Part shown: in pieces, positions 1-9,296 of the stretch
How the letters are laid out: every line of letters starts with the position of its first letter
Numbering within the stretch: the stretch's first letter is position 1
IMG/VR virus record: IMGVR_UViG_3300037516_001099
DNA: 64,000 bases
DNA from: an uncultured virus (IMG/VR IMGVR_UViG_3300037516_001099)
Taxonomy: Duplodnaviria; Heunggongvirae; Uroviricota; Caudoviricetes
Direction: 5' to 3' (one strand)
The notes under the pieces: generated by a model
Databases searched by the model: none
The model's input: only the letters and a program-made list of their open reading frames with translations
What the model was told of the DNA's origin: nothing
Program-made: the position numbers and the translations under genes

Positions 1-28
1 GTTTATTTTCACACAAAATGCACGTTTT

Positions 29-86
29 CGAAAATAAATGTGTACAAAGCCCTGATTTCATGCTATAATAGTCTTGTAAGCAATAG
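29..86 (+). promoter_or_regulatory. Early sigma70-type promoter (TGTACA-N17-TATAAT, extended TG)
   Basis: TGTACA 41-46, TG 61-62, TATAAT 64-69 with 17-nt spacer; flanks CGAAAATA and TGTAAGCAATAG recur at 1769-1826. Confidence 0.75.
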
Positions 87-94
87 CAACTAAT

Positions 95-331
95 ATGGAT
101 AAAGAATACATCGTAAAGACAAAAACTGGTGAAGAAGTGACTGTTCTCGGTCGGACCCCCGCCGAAGCCCTCGGCATCTTCATGAAACGTGGTAGATTTG
201 GCGTCGGAGCCGCTTGGACGTTTACTCGCCAACCCGATGGTTGGATTGTATGCATCAACACTGGACTGAGAACGCTTGAGCGAACATATCATAAGCTTCG
301 TGAAAAGCAATATTCCCGCGGCATGCGTTAA
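95..331 (+). CDS. Hypothetical early protein
   Basis: 78-aa ORF directly downstream of the early promoter. Confidence 0.6.
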   Translation: MDKEYIVKTKTGEEVTVLGRTPAEALGIFMKRGRFGVGAAWTFTRQPDGWIVCINTGLRTLERTYHKLREKQYSRGMR

Positions 332-349
332 TTCTAACCTAATAACTAT

Positions 350-631
350 ATGAAAATTGGAGACACTCTAGTATCAATCTTCGGCTATGATGCCCGCATT
401 GCAACCTTTTATAAGGTCGTTGGCTTTACGCCAAAAAGCGTAAAAGTTGCGGAATTTATCGATACACTCAACACTGGAAATTGGGATGATGGTACATGCA
501 TCCCAAACCCTCAGTCAAGAATGGGAAAAGTAATGACTAAACGCCTAAAGGGCGAAGCGCTTGACATGGGAACATATGGATTTGCCCGAGTTTGGAATGG
601 CACCCCAGTACGCACATACAACCACCACTAA
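350..631 (+). CDS. Hypothetical early phage protein
   Basis: 93-aa ORF; its stop overlaps the ligase start (TAATG). Confidence 0.7.
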   Translation: MKIGDTLVSIFGYDARIATFYKVVGFTPKSVKVAEFIDTLNTGNWDDGTCIPNPQSRMGKVMTKRLKGEALDMGTYGFARVWNGTPVRTYNHH

Positions 632-1743
632 TGAAATTACCTACACTATACAGTCGTACGTCGACTGGGAGCATTCAAGAATGGACGATTGAAATCGAAG
701 ATGGGCGGTGTCGTACCCATCATGGTAAGGTTGGTGGAAAAATTGTGACTACTCTGTGGACCACATGCGAAGCCACTAATGTCGGTCGATCTAACGAGCG
801 CGACATTTCGGCTCAGGCGATTTTTGAAGCAACTGCACTTTGGAAAAAGAAAAATGAGAGTGGTTGCTTTGAGTCAATTGGCGACATTGATCAGTCTTTC
901 TATGTTGAGCCAATGTTGGCAAAGAAGTGGGAAGATGTTGAGAAAAAGGTATCGTTTCCGCTCTTTTGTCAACCAAAGCTTGATGGCATGCGAGCAGTGA
1001 TTAGTCGACACGGGGCATTCACTCGCAACGGTAAGCCGTGGCTGACAATCCCTCATATCTTAGCAGACCTTGCACCGCTCTTCGAACGCTATCCAGACCT
1101 CATTCTAGACGGCGAGCTTTATTGTCATGGCTTACATGACGACTTCAACAAGATTAGTTCTCTAATCAAGAAAACTAAACCGACTCTGGCAGACATTATC
1201 GAATCGTCTGAGATCATCGAGTTTTGGTGGTATGACATCGCCGACTCGACTCGTAGCTTCAAACAACGTACAACCTTCATTCGAGAAGCGTATGAGCAAC
1301 TGAACCTTAACAAAGGCAGCATTGTTCTTGTTGACACTTGCGAGGTTGCAAATAAGGAAACTCTCGACAACCTCTATGGTAAATTCATGGAGGATGGCTT
1401 CGAAGGTCAGATGATTCGTACTGATAAGCCATATGAGTTTAAGCGCTCGGCGACTCTGCTCAAGCGTAAGGAGTTTCAAGATGAGGAATATGAGATTGTT
1501 GGAATCCATGAAGGCAACGGGAATAAGTCTGGAATGGCAGGCTATGCTGTAATGAAACGCGAAGACGGCGTGACTTTTCGCTCAAACATCAAGGGATCCC
1601 ACGAATTCCTGAAGAGCCTCCTCCCCCGAGCCTCATCCCTCGTTGGAACATATGCCACAATCAAATATTTCAACCTCACACCAGACGGCATTCCACGCTT
1701 CCCATACCTGATCCGCCTAAGATCTGGGCATGGAATTGACTAA
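631..1743 (+). CDS. ATP-dependent DNA ligase (gp30-like)
   Basis: Motifs QPKLDGMR (adenylated Lys), LDGELY, EGQMIR, LLKRK and C-terminal PRFP; start moved to ATG 631. Confidence 0.92.
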   Translation: MKLPTLYSRTSTGSIQEWTIEIEDGRCRTHHGKVGGKIVTTLWTTCEATNVGRSNERDISAQAIFEATALWKKKNESGCFESIGDIDQSFYVEPMLAKKWEDVEKKVSFPLFCQPKLDGMRAVISRHGAFTRNGKPWLTIPHILADLAPLFERYPDLILDGELYCHGLHDDFNKISSLIKKTKPTLADIIESSEIIEFWWYDIADSTRSFKQRTTFIREAYEQLNLNKGSIVLVDTCEVANKETLDNLYGKFMEDGFEGQMIRTDKPYEFKRSATLLKRKEFQDEEYEIVGIHEGNGNKSGMAGYAVMKREDGVTFRSNIKGSHEFLKSLLPRASSLVGTYATIKYFNLTPDGIPRFPYLIRLRSGHGID

Positions 1744-1768
1744 AAATGTGAAAATAAGTCACTTTTCT

Positions 1769-1826
1769 CGAAAATAGTTGTGTACATTTACTGTAGTTTA
1801 TGATAGAATAACTATGTAAGCAATAG
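1769..1826 (+). promoter_or_regulatory. Early promoter, second copy (TGTACA-N17-TAGAAT)
   Basis: TGTACA 1781-1786, TG 1801-1802, TAGAAT 1804-1809; same flanks as 29-86. Confidence 0.75.
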
Positions 1827-1827
1827 T

Positions 1828-2166
1828 ATGACAAAAACAAAAATGACCATTTCCGAAACAAGCACAGTAAGTATCTATCGCAGCCTAAGCAACCCATTTG
1901 CAAATGATGCCGGCGACCGTCAGCGTCATGTTACGTTTAAGTGCTGCCCTGAAACTTCAGACGTTATGGAGTGGTTGTTTGAAGCCACTAATGCGCCAGA
2001 AAGTTTTCTCAACGAGGAACAGTTGTTTGTGCGTAAGGTCTTTGCAGACGCAAAAATGCATTCACTTTCCAATGGTGACGTTGTTTTAGTGAATGATGTG
2101 TTTTACAAATGTAAACCTATTGGATGGAAAAAAGTTGAAAATGCTAACGACGATGTCGAATATTAG
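1828..2166 (+). CDS. Early protein with YodL-like C-terminal motif
   Basis: HSLSNGDVVLVNDVFYKCKPIGW resembles the YodL-like SLSxxDVV...Y....GW/F motif. Confidence 0.5.
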   Translation: MTKTKMTISETSTVSIYRSLSNPFANDAGDRQRHVTFKCCPETSDVMEWLFEATNAPESFLNEEQLFVRKVFADAKMHSLSNGDVVLVNDVFYKCKPIGWKKVENANDDVEY

Positions 2167-2274
2167 AAAGATGAAAAACGCTTGGGTATACACTGACACT
2201 CTGCATGGGTGGGTAAATGACGAGAAATACTCATCTAAGATGTAATTGAATCCAAACCTGGACGCTAAACGGAC

Positions 2275-2364
2275 ATGATTGATATACTACTAGCAATTTT
2301 GCTGGGAACTTTTATAGTCTTTTGTGTTTTTTATAACGCTTCTGACGACGACTACTGGTACTAA
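2275..2364 (+). CDS. Putative 29-aa membrane micro-protein
   Basis: MIDILLAILLGTFIVFCVFYNASDDDYWY: one hydrophobic helix plus acidic tail; ends 4 nt before thyX. Confidence 0.45.
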   Translation: MIDILLAILLGTFIVFCVFYNASDDDYWY

Positions 2365-2368
2365 ACTT

Positions 2369-3046
2369 ATGAAAAATAAAATAGAATTAATTGGACACTA
2401 TGGATCTGACCAAATCATTGCATGCAGCGCGTGGACAAGCACTTCACGTGACTTAAATGATTCAAAAATTTCCCGCATCCCCCACCTCATTGATATGTTA
2501 TGGTCAAACGGCCATGAGACTCCCTTTGAAAAGGGGACTGTTCATTTCCTCGTTGATACCGACATTGCCTCTCACATTCATCTACTCAAGCATAGGATGT
2601 CTTCTATGAATGCAGAGTCTGCGCGGTATAAAGAACTAAACGACGACAAGTATTATATTCCTAAAGATTGGAAAGGTGTTCAAGCTAATACAACAGCACT
2701 CTTCCGCAACCTTAATGATGGTGCTGATTGGACTGATATTTTAACTCAATACACTAATGTTGGCAATAAGCTTTATCATGACTGTCTTGCCGACCTTACA
2801 CCAGTACTTGGTCGTGTACGCGCTAAAGAAAGTGCTCGATTCTTTAAGACATACAACTCCCAAATTCAAGCAGATATTTCTTTTAATATGCGCGCATTTG
2901 CAAACTTTTTGAAGCTTCGTAACTCTGAGCATGCACAAAAGGAAATTAGAGAGATTGCGGCTGAAATGCTTCGACTTGTTGAGGAAATTGAAGGCGCGCC
3001 ATTTAAACACACGTTGGCGGCTTGGAAAATGCACAAAAATAATTAA
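2369..3046 (+). CDS. thyX: Flavin-dependent thymidylate synthase
   Basis: GHETPFE, KHRMSSMNAESARY (ThyX motif), KESAR, LRNSEHAQKEIR; start set at ATG 2369. Confidence 0.93.
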   Translation: MKNKIELIGHYGSDQIIACSAWTSTSRDLNDSKISRIPHLIDMLWSNGHETPFEKGTVHFLVDTDIASHIHLLKHRMSSMNAESARYKELNDDKYYIPKDWKGVQANTTALFRNLNDGADWTDILTQYTNVGNKLYHDCLADLTPVLGRVRAKESARFFKTYNSQIQADISFNMRAFANFLKLRNSEHAQKEIREIAAEMLRLVEEIEGAPFKHTLAAWKMHKNN

Positions 3047-3055
3047 AGTTTGTCA

Positions 3056-3084
3056 TTTACATATCTAAATAATTAGTGTATAAT
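3056..3084 (+). promoter_or_regulatory. Promoter TTTACA-N17-TATAAT, 7 nt before the ATG (leaderless-type)
   Basis: TTTACA 3056-3061, TATAAT 3079-3084, ATG 3092. Confidence 0.7.
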
Positions 3085-3091
3085 ATATCAT

Positions 3092-3361
3092 ATGGAAATT
3101 GAATTGAATAAAGAAAGTATCAGGGGTGCCCTACAACTTGGCGCTCATGCCGTAACATTTACTAAGAAGGATGGTACAATCCGCGAAATGATCGCCTCGC
3201 TGTGTCCAGTTGATATTCCAAGCGAACACACTCCTAAGGGAACTGGAATTATTAGTGATGCATCTGACTCTCCGCTACGCGTCTATGACGTCGCGAATGA
3301 AGGTTGGCGGTCAATTAATATCAACACAGTCATGAGTGTAGTTCCATTTATATACGCATGA
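3092..3361 (+). CDS. SH3/Sm-like beta-barrel protein (WYL_2/DUF2693-like) common in T4-like phages
   Basis: VTFTKKDGTIREMIASL ... VYDVANEGWRSI. Confidence 0.75.
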   Translation: MEIELNKESIRGALQLGAHAVTFTKKDGTIREMIASLCPVDIPSEHTPKGTGIISDASDSPLRVYDVANEGWRSININTVMSVVPFIYA

Positions 3362-4578
3362 GTAGTCAATTTAAAGCGGGTCGCGTATTGGCTCCCGATA
3401 GCAAGTGGACTGGTGAAGAACCAGACTGGCACGGATGGGAAAAGTGGGACACGGAAAAGTTTTATCGCACTCGATTCCGTGCTTTGCAGTTCTACAACTA
3501 TTATCTTGACGCAACTTCAATGAAGCCAATGGTGCTGACTTGGATGAAAAAGGAAGGCTATACCCAAACCGAAATCAACACAATTAAAGAGGCTAATCCA
3601 AATGTGTTACCCAGCACCGTTGGTAAACTCGTTCGGTGTCTTGAACTCGGCATGCCAAGCATTCACCCAGACGCTCATGAGTATTATGCTGCACTCCCGG
3701 GTCATGAGACTCCGCCAATTCCCAAAGATGACCGCAGTATTGCTAAGAGTGAAATTAATGCAGCTTTGGTCCTTCTAAATAATGTTAAGTATACTGCTGC
3801 TCAGGAAAACAGTGCACCTAAAGCATATGTCCCATCACCATTGGAACGTATTAGGAGTAAAGTTGAAAAGGAAATTATTGGCACTCTACTAGACCCACTT
3901 ATTGATGCGTGGTGTGATACCAGTGTTGAAGTTGCTACAGTAAATCTCGTTAGTTACTTACGCGACGGTAAGGTACCAACTCAGGGGTGTAAATATATTC
4001 TTGAGTGGCTGAATGCTATACACGCTGAATATAATGGTGCATACACCAAGGAAGATCCACAGCTTGTTGAAGGCTATAACCACTTGTCTCGGGCAGACCT
4101 TCGTAAGATTGTGAAGAACATTGAAGTTATGATTGGCGATGTTAACTCTCATGCGCGAATCAAGGTTAGTATGCGCAAGCCACGAACCAAAAAGGTTAAG
4201 GATGCAAGCAAACAGGTTTCCAAACTAAAGTATCAAACTAACAGCGTTGAATATAACATTGACAGCATTAACCCATCACGCATTCCAACGGCACAACGGC
4301 TCTATGTGTTTAATACAAAGACTCGCCAACTTGGTGTATACTTTGCCAAAGGAAGCGCTGGGTTTGAAGTAAAGGGCACCTCACTAAAGGGATTTGATGA
4401 GTCAAATAGTTTTATTGCAACCCTACGCAAGCCACAAGAAATTCTAAATAGTATTTTAAGTTCTACACCAAAACAACTTGAAAAATTGTTTGTTAACTTA
4501 TCAGTAAAGAAAAAGCCAGCGAATGGCCGCATAAACGAACAAATCATAATCTTAAAAGTAGTTGAACATAAAATCTAA
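3358..4578 (+). CDS. Conserved T4-like hypothetical protein upstream of gp33
   Basis: 406-aa ORF with VFNTKTRQLG, VKGTSL, TLRKP and NGRIN motifs that I recognise from marine T4-like phages; ATGA overlap. Confidence 0.65.
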   Translation: MSSQFKAGRVLAPDSKWTGEEPDWHGWEKWDTEKFYRTRFRALQFYNYYLDATSMKPMVLTWMKKEGYTQTEINTIKEANPNVLPSTVGKLVRCLELGMPSIHPDAHEYYAALPGHETPPIPKDDRSIAKSEINAALVLLNNVKYTAAQENSAPKAYVPSPLERIRSKVEKEIIGTLLDPLIDAWCDTSVEVATVNLVSYLRDGKVPTQGCKYILEWLNAIHAEYNGAYTKEDPQLVEGYNHLSRADLRKIVKNIEVMIGDVNSHARIKVSMRKPRTKKVKDASKQVSKLKYQTNSVEYNIDSINPSRIPTAQRLYVFNTKTRQLGVYFAKGSAGFEVKGTSLKGFDESNSFIATLRKPQEILNSILSSTPKQLEKLFVNLSVKKKPANGRINEQIIILKVVEHKI

Positions 4579-4579
4579 T

Positions 4580-4816
4580 ATGACTGAAGAATTACCAGTA
4601 AAAATCCTAACAAAGCAAGAGTTTGCTCTTGCTATTGAACGCCGCGTCCGTAGCAAGTCTATGGGATATCTCGAAGCAATTATTGACTATTGTGACGACT
4701 TAAAGATCGACCCAGATGATATTTCAAAACTCGTAGTTGGTAGCCTAAAGGAAAAACTTGAAGCTGAAGCTCAGCGTAATAACTTATTGCCTAAAAGTTC
4801 ATCACTATTTGCATGA
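4580..4816 (+). CDS. 33: Late transcription coactivator gp33
   Basis: FALAIE...YLEAIIDYC...SLKEKLEAEA..NLL; synteny 33-59-32. Confidence 0.88.
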   Translation: MTEELPVKILTKQEFALAIERRVRSKSMGYLEAIIDYCDDLKIDPDDISKLVVGSLKEKLEAEAQRNNLLPKSSSLFA

Positions 4817-5430
4817 CAGTTGAAGACACCCGAGTATCTGGTTTTGAAACGTGGTCAATCTATATGGCCATGAAACTACACTTTGGCGAAAGCAATTATG
4901 ATGCCTTTAAGTTTAATTTTAAGGGGCCACGTCTAAAGGAGAGTGCGTTTCAATGTCGGCGGGATCGTTACTTTTTTGAAAAACTTGCTCGTCGTTATCC
5001 TAAAAAGAAAACGGTTATAGACTTTTTCTTAGCAAATATACTCGTCGGCAATGAATGGATTGGAAATATGACTGACGAAGCATACACGCTATGGACCTCT
5101 AAAATACAGCGACTACAATATAGTTTTAAAGAGGAAATGACTGGGGTCGCCCCACGTGTGGAAAATTTTGACGCGCTACTGCGTCCGCAACATTCGCAAA
5201 TCCCGCTCTATGACCTACACATGATGGGAAAAGTTTCTTTAGAGTCACTTTGTGTGCTTGATATACTATGCAACTATTCTGGTCGCATAAATAAAAACGT
5301 AATTGATCCAATGGGGATGTATCGAGAATTAACCCTAAAGGTAAAAGGCTACAAACAATTTATTCGTAACTTACCGTTACAGCAAAAATCTTTTCAGGAA
5401 ATTGTAATAAATGCATTTACAAAGCCTTGA
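4813..5430 (+). CDS. 59: Helicase loader gp59
   Basis: YMAMKLHF..NYDAFKF, RRDRYFFEKL; lies between gp33 and gp32. Confidence 0.88.
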   Translation: MTVEDTRVSGFETWSIYMAMKLHFGESNYDAFKFNFKGPRLKESAFQCRRDRYFFEKLARRYPKKKTVIDFFLANILVGNEWIGNMTDEAYTLWTSKIQRLQYSFKEEMTGVAPRVENFDALLRPQHSQIPLYDLHMMGKVSLESLCVLDILCNYSGRINKNVIDPMGMYRELTLKVKGYKQFIRNLPLQQKSFQEIVINAFTKP

Positions 5431-5444
5431 AAATAGGTTATAAT
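5416..5444 (+). promoter_or_regulatory. gp32 promoter TTTACA-N17-TATAAT
   Basis: TTTACA 5416-5421, TATAAT 5439-5444. Confidence 0.7.
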
Positions 5445-5502
5445 AACCAAGTGGTTATTGTAACAACACAATAATACAAACAATACACTGCAATACAAAA
5501 AT

Positions 5503-6420
5503 ATGTCATTCGAAAAACTAAAACAAAATCGTTCAACTAGTATCAATAAACTTGTTGAAGCCGCTGAAAAAATTAATACAACAAAAACTTATGGCGACGA
5601 TCGTCTATGGAGTCCAGTTGTAGACAAAGCTGGAAACGGTTATGCTGTGATTCGCTTTTTGCCTGCCCTTGAAGGTGAAGACCTCCCATGGGTTCGCTTT
5701 TGGGATCATGGCTTTAAGGGACCTACTGGTCGTTGGTACATTGAAAACTCCCTTACTAGTATTGGCCAACCCGATCCTGTAAGCGAAATTAATAGCGTAC
5801 TTTGGAACAGCGGTAATGAAAAGGACAAGGAAATTGCCCGTGAACGCAAGCGTCGTTTGCACTACGTCAGTAATATTCTAGTCATTAGCGACCCGTCAAA
5901 TCCAGACAATGAAGGCAAAGTTTTCTTGTATAAGTTTGGCAAGAAAATCTTTGATAAGATTATGGATATTATGCAACCACAGTTTCAAGACGAGTCCCCA
6001 ATCAACCCGTTTGATTTTTGGGCTGGTGCAAACTTTAAGTTGAAGATCCGTAACTTTGAAGGCTATCGTAACTATGACAAGTCTGAGTTTGAGGGTTCAT
6101 CTGAACTCTTCGCGGCTGATGAGGCAAAGCTTGAAAAAGTTTACAACTCATTGTACTCTTTGAAGGACTTTACTGACCCATCGAACTACAAGTCATATGC
6201 TGATCTTAAGCGTAAACTTGTTGAGGTGCTTGGTGCCGATGCACTTGCTGGTTCTTCAACCGAACCGGCAAGTGTTAACGCTGCAGCTGCCGTAGTTGGC
6301 AAGTCTATTGAACCAGCACAAACCTATGCGAGTTCGGAGTCTACGTTTGCTGCGTCAACCAGTGATGACGATGATGACGAGTCACTTAGCTACTTTGCAA
6401 AACTTGCGCAAGGCGGTTGA
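5503..6420 (+). CDS. 32: Single-stranded DNA-binding protein gp32
   Basis: DKAGNGYAVIRFLP, WYIENSLT, GKVFLYKFGKKIFDKI, acidic C-terminal tail. Confidence 0.96.
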   Translation: MSFEKLKQNRSTSINKLVEAAEKINTTKTYGDDRLWSPVVDKAGNGYAVIRFLPALEGEDLPWVRFWDHGFKGPTGRWYIENSLTSIGQPDPVSEINSVLWNSGNEKDKEIARERKRRLHYVSNILVISDPSNPDNEGKVFLYKFGKKIFDKIMDIMQPQFQDESPINPFDFWAGANFKLKIRNFEGYRNYDKSEFEGSSELFAADEAKLEKVYNSLYSLKDFTDPSNYKSYADLKRKLVEVLGADALAGSSTEPASVNAAAAVVGKSIEPAQTYASSESTFAASTSDDDDDESLSYFAKLAQGG

Positions 6421-6436
6421 TCATTAACGCTTAATT

Positions 6437-6470
6437 AAACGGGGGATAGAGCAATTCTATCCCCCGTTTT
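6437..6470 (+). terminator. Intrinsic terminator, possibly bidirectional
   Basis: AAACGGGGGATAGA-gcaat-TCTATCCCCCGTTT(T), 14-bp perfect stem. Confidence 0.85.
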
Positions 6471-6483
6471 CATATATACTTCT

Positions 6484-6762
6484 ATGATATTTTTAATAAA
6501 AGTATTTACATATCTAAACTGTAAAGACTGTTTGCGTCACATACAGACACTTCGCGAATATTGTGATCGCACCCCAACACGTCTAGAGATTATTGACGTT
6601 GACGTGGAAGAAAATCTACCGCTTATATTTGAATATAAAATAGCTGGTGTACCTCACACTATATGTTATAACATACGCGGCGAAATTATGTACAGCTTTT
6701 TTGGCGTAAAGACGTCAGAAGAATTTGACAATATTGTCTATTATAGAATAAACGATCAATAA
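6484..6762 (+). CDS. Thioredoxin-fold protein
   Basis: CKDC CxxC motif, IDVD, and GVP cis-Pro motif. Confidence 0.75.
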   Translation: MIFLIKVFTYLNCKDCLRHIQTLREYCDRTPTRLEIIDVDVEENLPLIFEYKIAGVPHTICYNIRGEIMYSFFGVKTSEEFDNIVYYRINDQ

Positions 6763-9296
6763 CCTAAAGCAGTACCAGTAAATAATGGCATCATTGGAGA
6801 TGCATTATTATTTACATTACTGCTGCTGACGTTACTCACGTTTCCTCCGCTGTTATTATTTACCACTACGGTTGTTGCCGTAGCTGCAACATTTCCAGCT
6901 GTTGCTAACGTATTACCGGTAGATGGTGGAACTGTTTGTATGTTATCTTTCTCTTTCCACGCAAATTTTGCTTTTTCATATTCATCATATGATTTATAGC
7001 CAGCCGCCGAAGCTTTTTCCTCCTTAGACATCTTTGAAAATCGTATGTCATCTTTCTCTTTCCACGCAAAGTTTGCTTTTTCATATTCATCATATGATTT
7101 ATAGCCAGCCGCTGAAGCTTTTTCCTCATCTGACATCTTTGAAAATTTATCGGTTGAAGTAGCCTTTGCGATTTTTTCAATCTTATCAATCGGGAAATTA
7201 TCTAGAGCCTCAATTTCATCTCCAAGTCCAGCCAATGCAGCTATCCCCTTTGATAGACTTAATACGCCCGCGCCAGCGGCAGCTAAACCTCCTCCAATAG
7301 CAGCAAATTTCTGTAATTGTTCTAGTGGACTATCAGATCCAAATCGCAATAGGTTTCCAACAAATTGTCCTAACCCAGCCAAAGCGTCACCTGCACCAAA
7401 GGCAGCAAGTGCAAGAGCAAGAGCACTAATTGCCTTTGCAGAATCAAATATTTTTGCTGGATCCAACGCGTTCGAGAACGTCGTAAATTTTTCCATAAAA
7501 TTTCCTATGCCGTCTCCAACTAAACCAGTTGCTGCACCAAGTGCAAGGACTCCAACTGAGAATGGTATCATCGCCAAGCCGCCTAATGCTAAACCAGCCG
7601 CACCTTTGAGTAGACCCATTCCCAAATCGCCAATAGCTTTGCCAATCGGTCCTAATACATCAGAATCAATTTCGCTTATTTTCTTTAGTGAGTATGCAAG
7701 TGGAATTAATGAAGCTCCCAATAGAGCTATTACTACAGCACCAGTCGCAATAAGAGGCGCAGCAGAACCAATTACTGCTGCTGCGATGCCCAATCCAGTA
7801 ATTGCCGCAGCAACTATACCTAATGTTTCCCATTTTACCCCTTGAAGCATTTTTAACGAGTATGCAAGTGGGATTATTGATGCGCCGAGAACGGCAATAG
7901 CGAGCGCGCCCTTTAAAACCATACCCATATTTTTACCAAGCACAGATGCGGCAAGGGCCAATCCGCCGAGGGCTGCGCCAGCAACTGCTATAGTTTTTAA
8001 ATCAATATCCTTAAATAACTTTAGTGAATATGCCAGCGGAATCATTGACGCGCTTAGCAACAGTATGCCAAAAGCACCCTTAATTATTGCTCCAGAAACT
8101 TTTCCAAGCTTTTCACCAAAATAGCCGAGTGAATCACTAATGCTTTTCATTGGCTTAACAATGCCACTTGCTATTTTTTTAATTACATCAGTAAACTTTT
8201 TAATTATTTCTATAGGCAACTTAGAGAGTGAACCTAAAAATAACTTTAATGCCTTTACTGATAAAAGAGTTTTAACCCATTTTATACTCGCAAATGCAGT
8301 CAATGACTCGCCAATACTTTCTAATGGCGTTAACGCAGCAGAAACCCGTTTTAAATTTTTAGCTGCCTTTAAATTTTCTGGTGAGGCCGCGCCCTTGAAG
8401 GCTATATTCAGCACCTTATTGAATATTTTAAATTTGACTAAGCCTATCATAGCTTTAGTCAAATTAATATTTGCAATGCCATCAATAGCCGATGACAACA
8501 AATTCAATGGTTGTATTATTCCTTCTATAGTTGATTTGTCAATTCGTATTTTTGAAACTTCGTCAACTAATTTTTGTATACCGCCAACGTAAGATTTAAT
8601 AAGCGAAGTCGGTATTGCATTTAACATTAACCCCTTCGTTATACTAGATAAATCTGGTAATTGTATATTGCCAAAACCGGCGACTGGCGAATTGGTGTTT
8701 GCAGCTACCGAAGTGTTTGTCCTACTCGGCGAATTGGTGTTTGCAGCTACCAACGTGTTTGTCCTACTCGGCGAATTTAGTCTCACTAATGCACCAAGTT
8801 GTTTCTTTAAATCTGATGCAATGCTTATCAGTCTTTCTAGAAAGACTGGAACATCAGATGTATTATTTGCAACTAACTCGGTATTATTTACAACTAACTC
8901 GGCATTAGGTGCTAGCGATGATGTATTAGTATTATTTGCAACTAACTCGGTATTAGGTGCTAGCGATGATGTATTAGTATTATTTGCAACTAACTCGGTA
9001 TTATTTGCAACTAACTCGGTATTATTTGCAACTAACTCGGTATTAGGTGCTAGCGATGATGTATTATTAACACTAGCTAAATTTAGTCTCACTAATGCAC
9101 CAAGTTGTTTCTTTAAATCTAATGCAATGCTTATCAGTCTTTCTAAAAAGACTGGAACATCAGTTGTATTTTCTCTCGCAGCAGCCGACGCCAACGTAAA
9201 ATTATAGTTATCAACTGTATCAAGAATTAAATCTTGAGACAAATTGGAACTCTGTAATTCTTTTACTATTTGTGTTAGCGCCGTATTTTCGTTCAT
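6756..9296 (-). CDS. Tape-measure / gp29-like baseplate hub protein
   Basis: Long Ala/Gly/Leu/Ile-rich helical protein with repeated hydrophobic IPLAYSLK segments, downstream of gp26/gp51; start set at ATG 9296 (ATGA overlap). Confidence 0.7.
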   Translation of the reverse strand: MNENTALTQIVKELQSSNLSQDLILDTVDNYNFTLASAAARENTTDVPVFLERLISIALDLKKQLGALVRLNLASVNNTSSLAPNTELVANNTELVANNTELVANNTNTSSLAPNTELVANNTNTSSLAPNAELVVNNTELVANNTSDVPVFLERLISIASDLKKQLGALVRLNSPSRTNTLVAANTNSPSRTNTSVAANTNSPVAGFGNIQLPDLSSITKGLMLNAIPTSLIKSYVGGIQKLVDEVSKIRIDKSTIEGIIQPLNLLSSAIDGIANINLTKAMIGLVKFKIFNKVLNIAFKGAASPENLKAAKNLKRVSAALTPLESIGESLTAFASIKWVKTLLSVKALKLFLGSLSKLPIEIIKKFTDVIKKIASGIVKPMKSISDSLGYFGEKLGKVSGAIIKGAFGILLLSASMIPLAYSLKLFKDIDLKTIAVAGAALGGLALAASVLGKNMGMVLKGALAIAVLGASIIPLAYSLKMLQGVKWETLGIVAAAITGLGIAAAVIGSAAPLIATGAVVIALLGASLIPLAYSLKKISEIDSDVLGPIGKAIGDLGMGLLKGAAGLALGGLAMIPFSVGVLALGAATGLVGDGIGNFMEKFTTFSNALDPAKIFDSAKAISALALALAAFGAGDALAGLGQFVGNLLRFGSDSPLEQLQKFAAIGGGLAAAGAGVLSLSKGIAALAGLGDEIEALDNFPIDKIEKIAKATSTDKFSKMSDEEKASAAGYKSYDEYEKANFAWKEKDDIRFSKMSKEEKASAAGYKSYDEYEKAKFAWKEKDNIQTVPPSTGNTLATAGNVAATATTVVVNNNSGGNVSNVSSSNVNNNASPMMPLFTGTALGY
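6945..7146. repeat. Two near-identical ~97-bp direct repeats (105-nt period) in the tape-measure C-terminus
   Basis: 6945-7041 vs 7050-7146, encoding FSKMS.EEKASAAGYKSYDEYEKA.FAWKEKD. Confidence 0.9.
8686..9163. repeat. Nested repeat region in the tape-measure N-terminus
   Basis: 84-bp duplication 8774-8857 / 9080-9163 (2 mismatches) enclosing tandem 21-bp NNTELVA units; further ANTNSPSRTNT repeats at ~8686-8776. Confidence 0.9.

Noticed and set aside
2369..3046. ThyX instead of ThyA as a novelty
   Set aside because: Common in marine and environmental T4-like phages
8686..9163. Possible CRISPR array
   Set aside because: Repeats are tandem multiples of 3 nt inside an open reading frame, with no unique spacers and no cas genes
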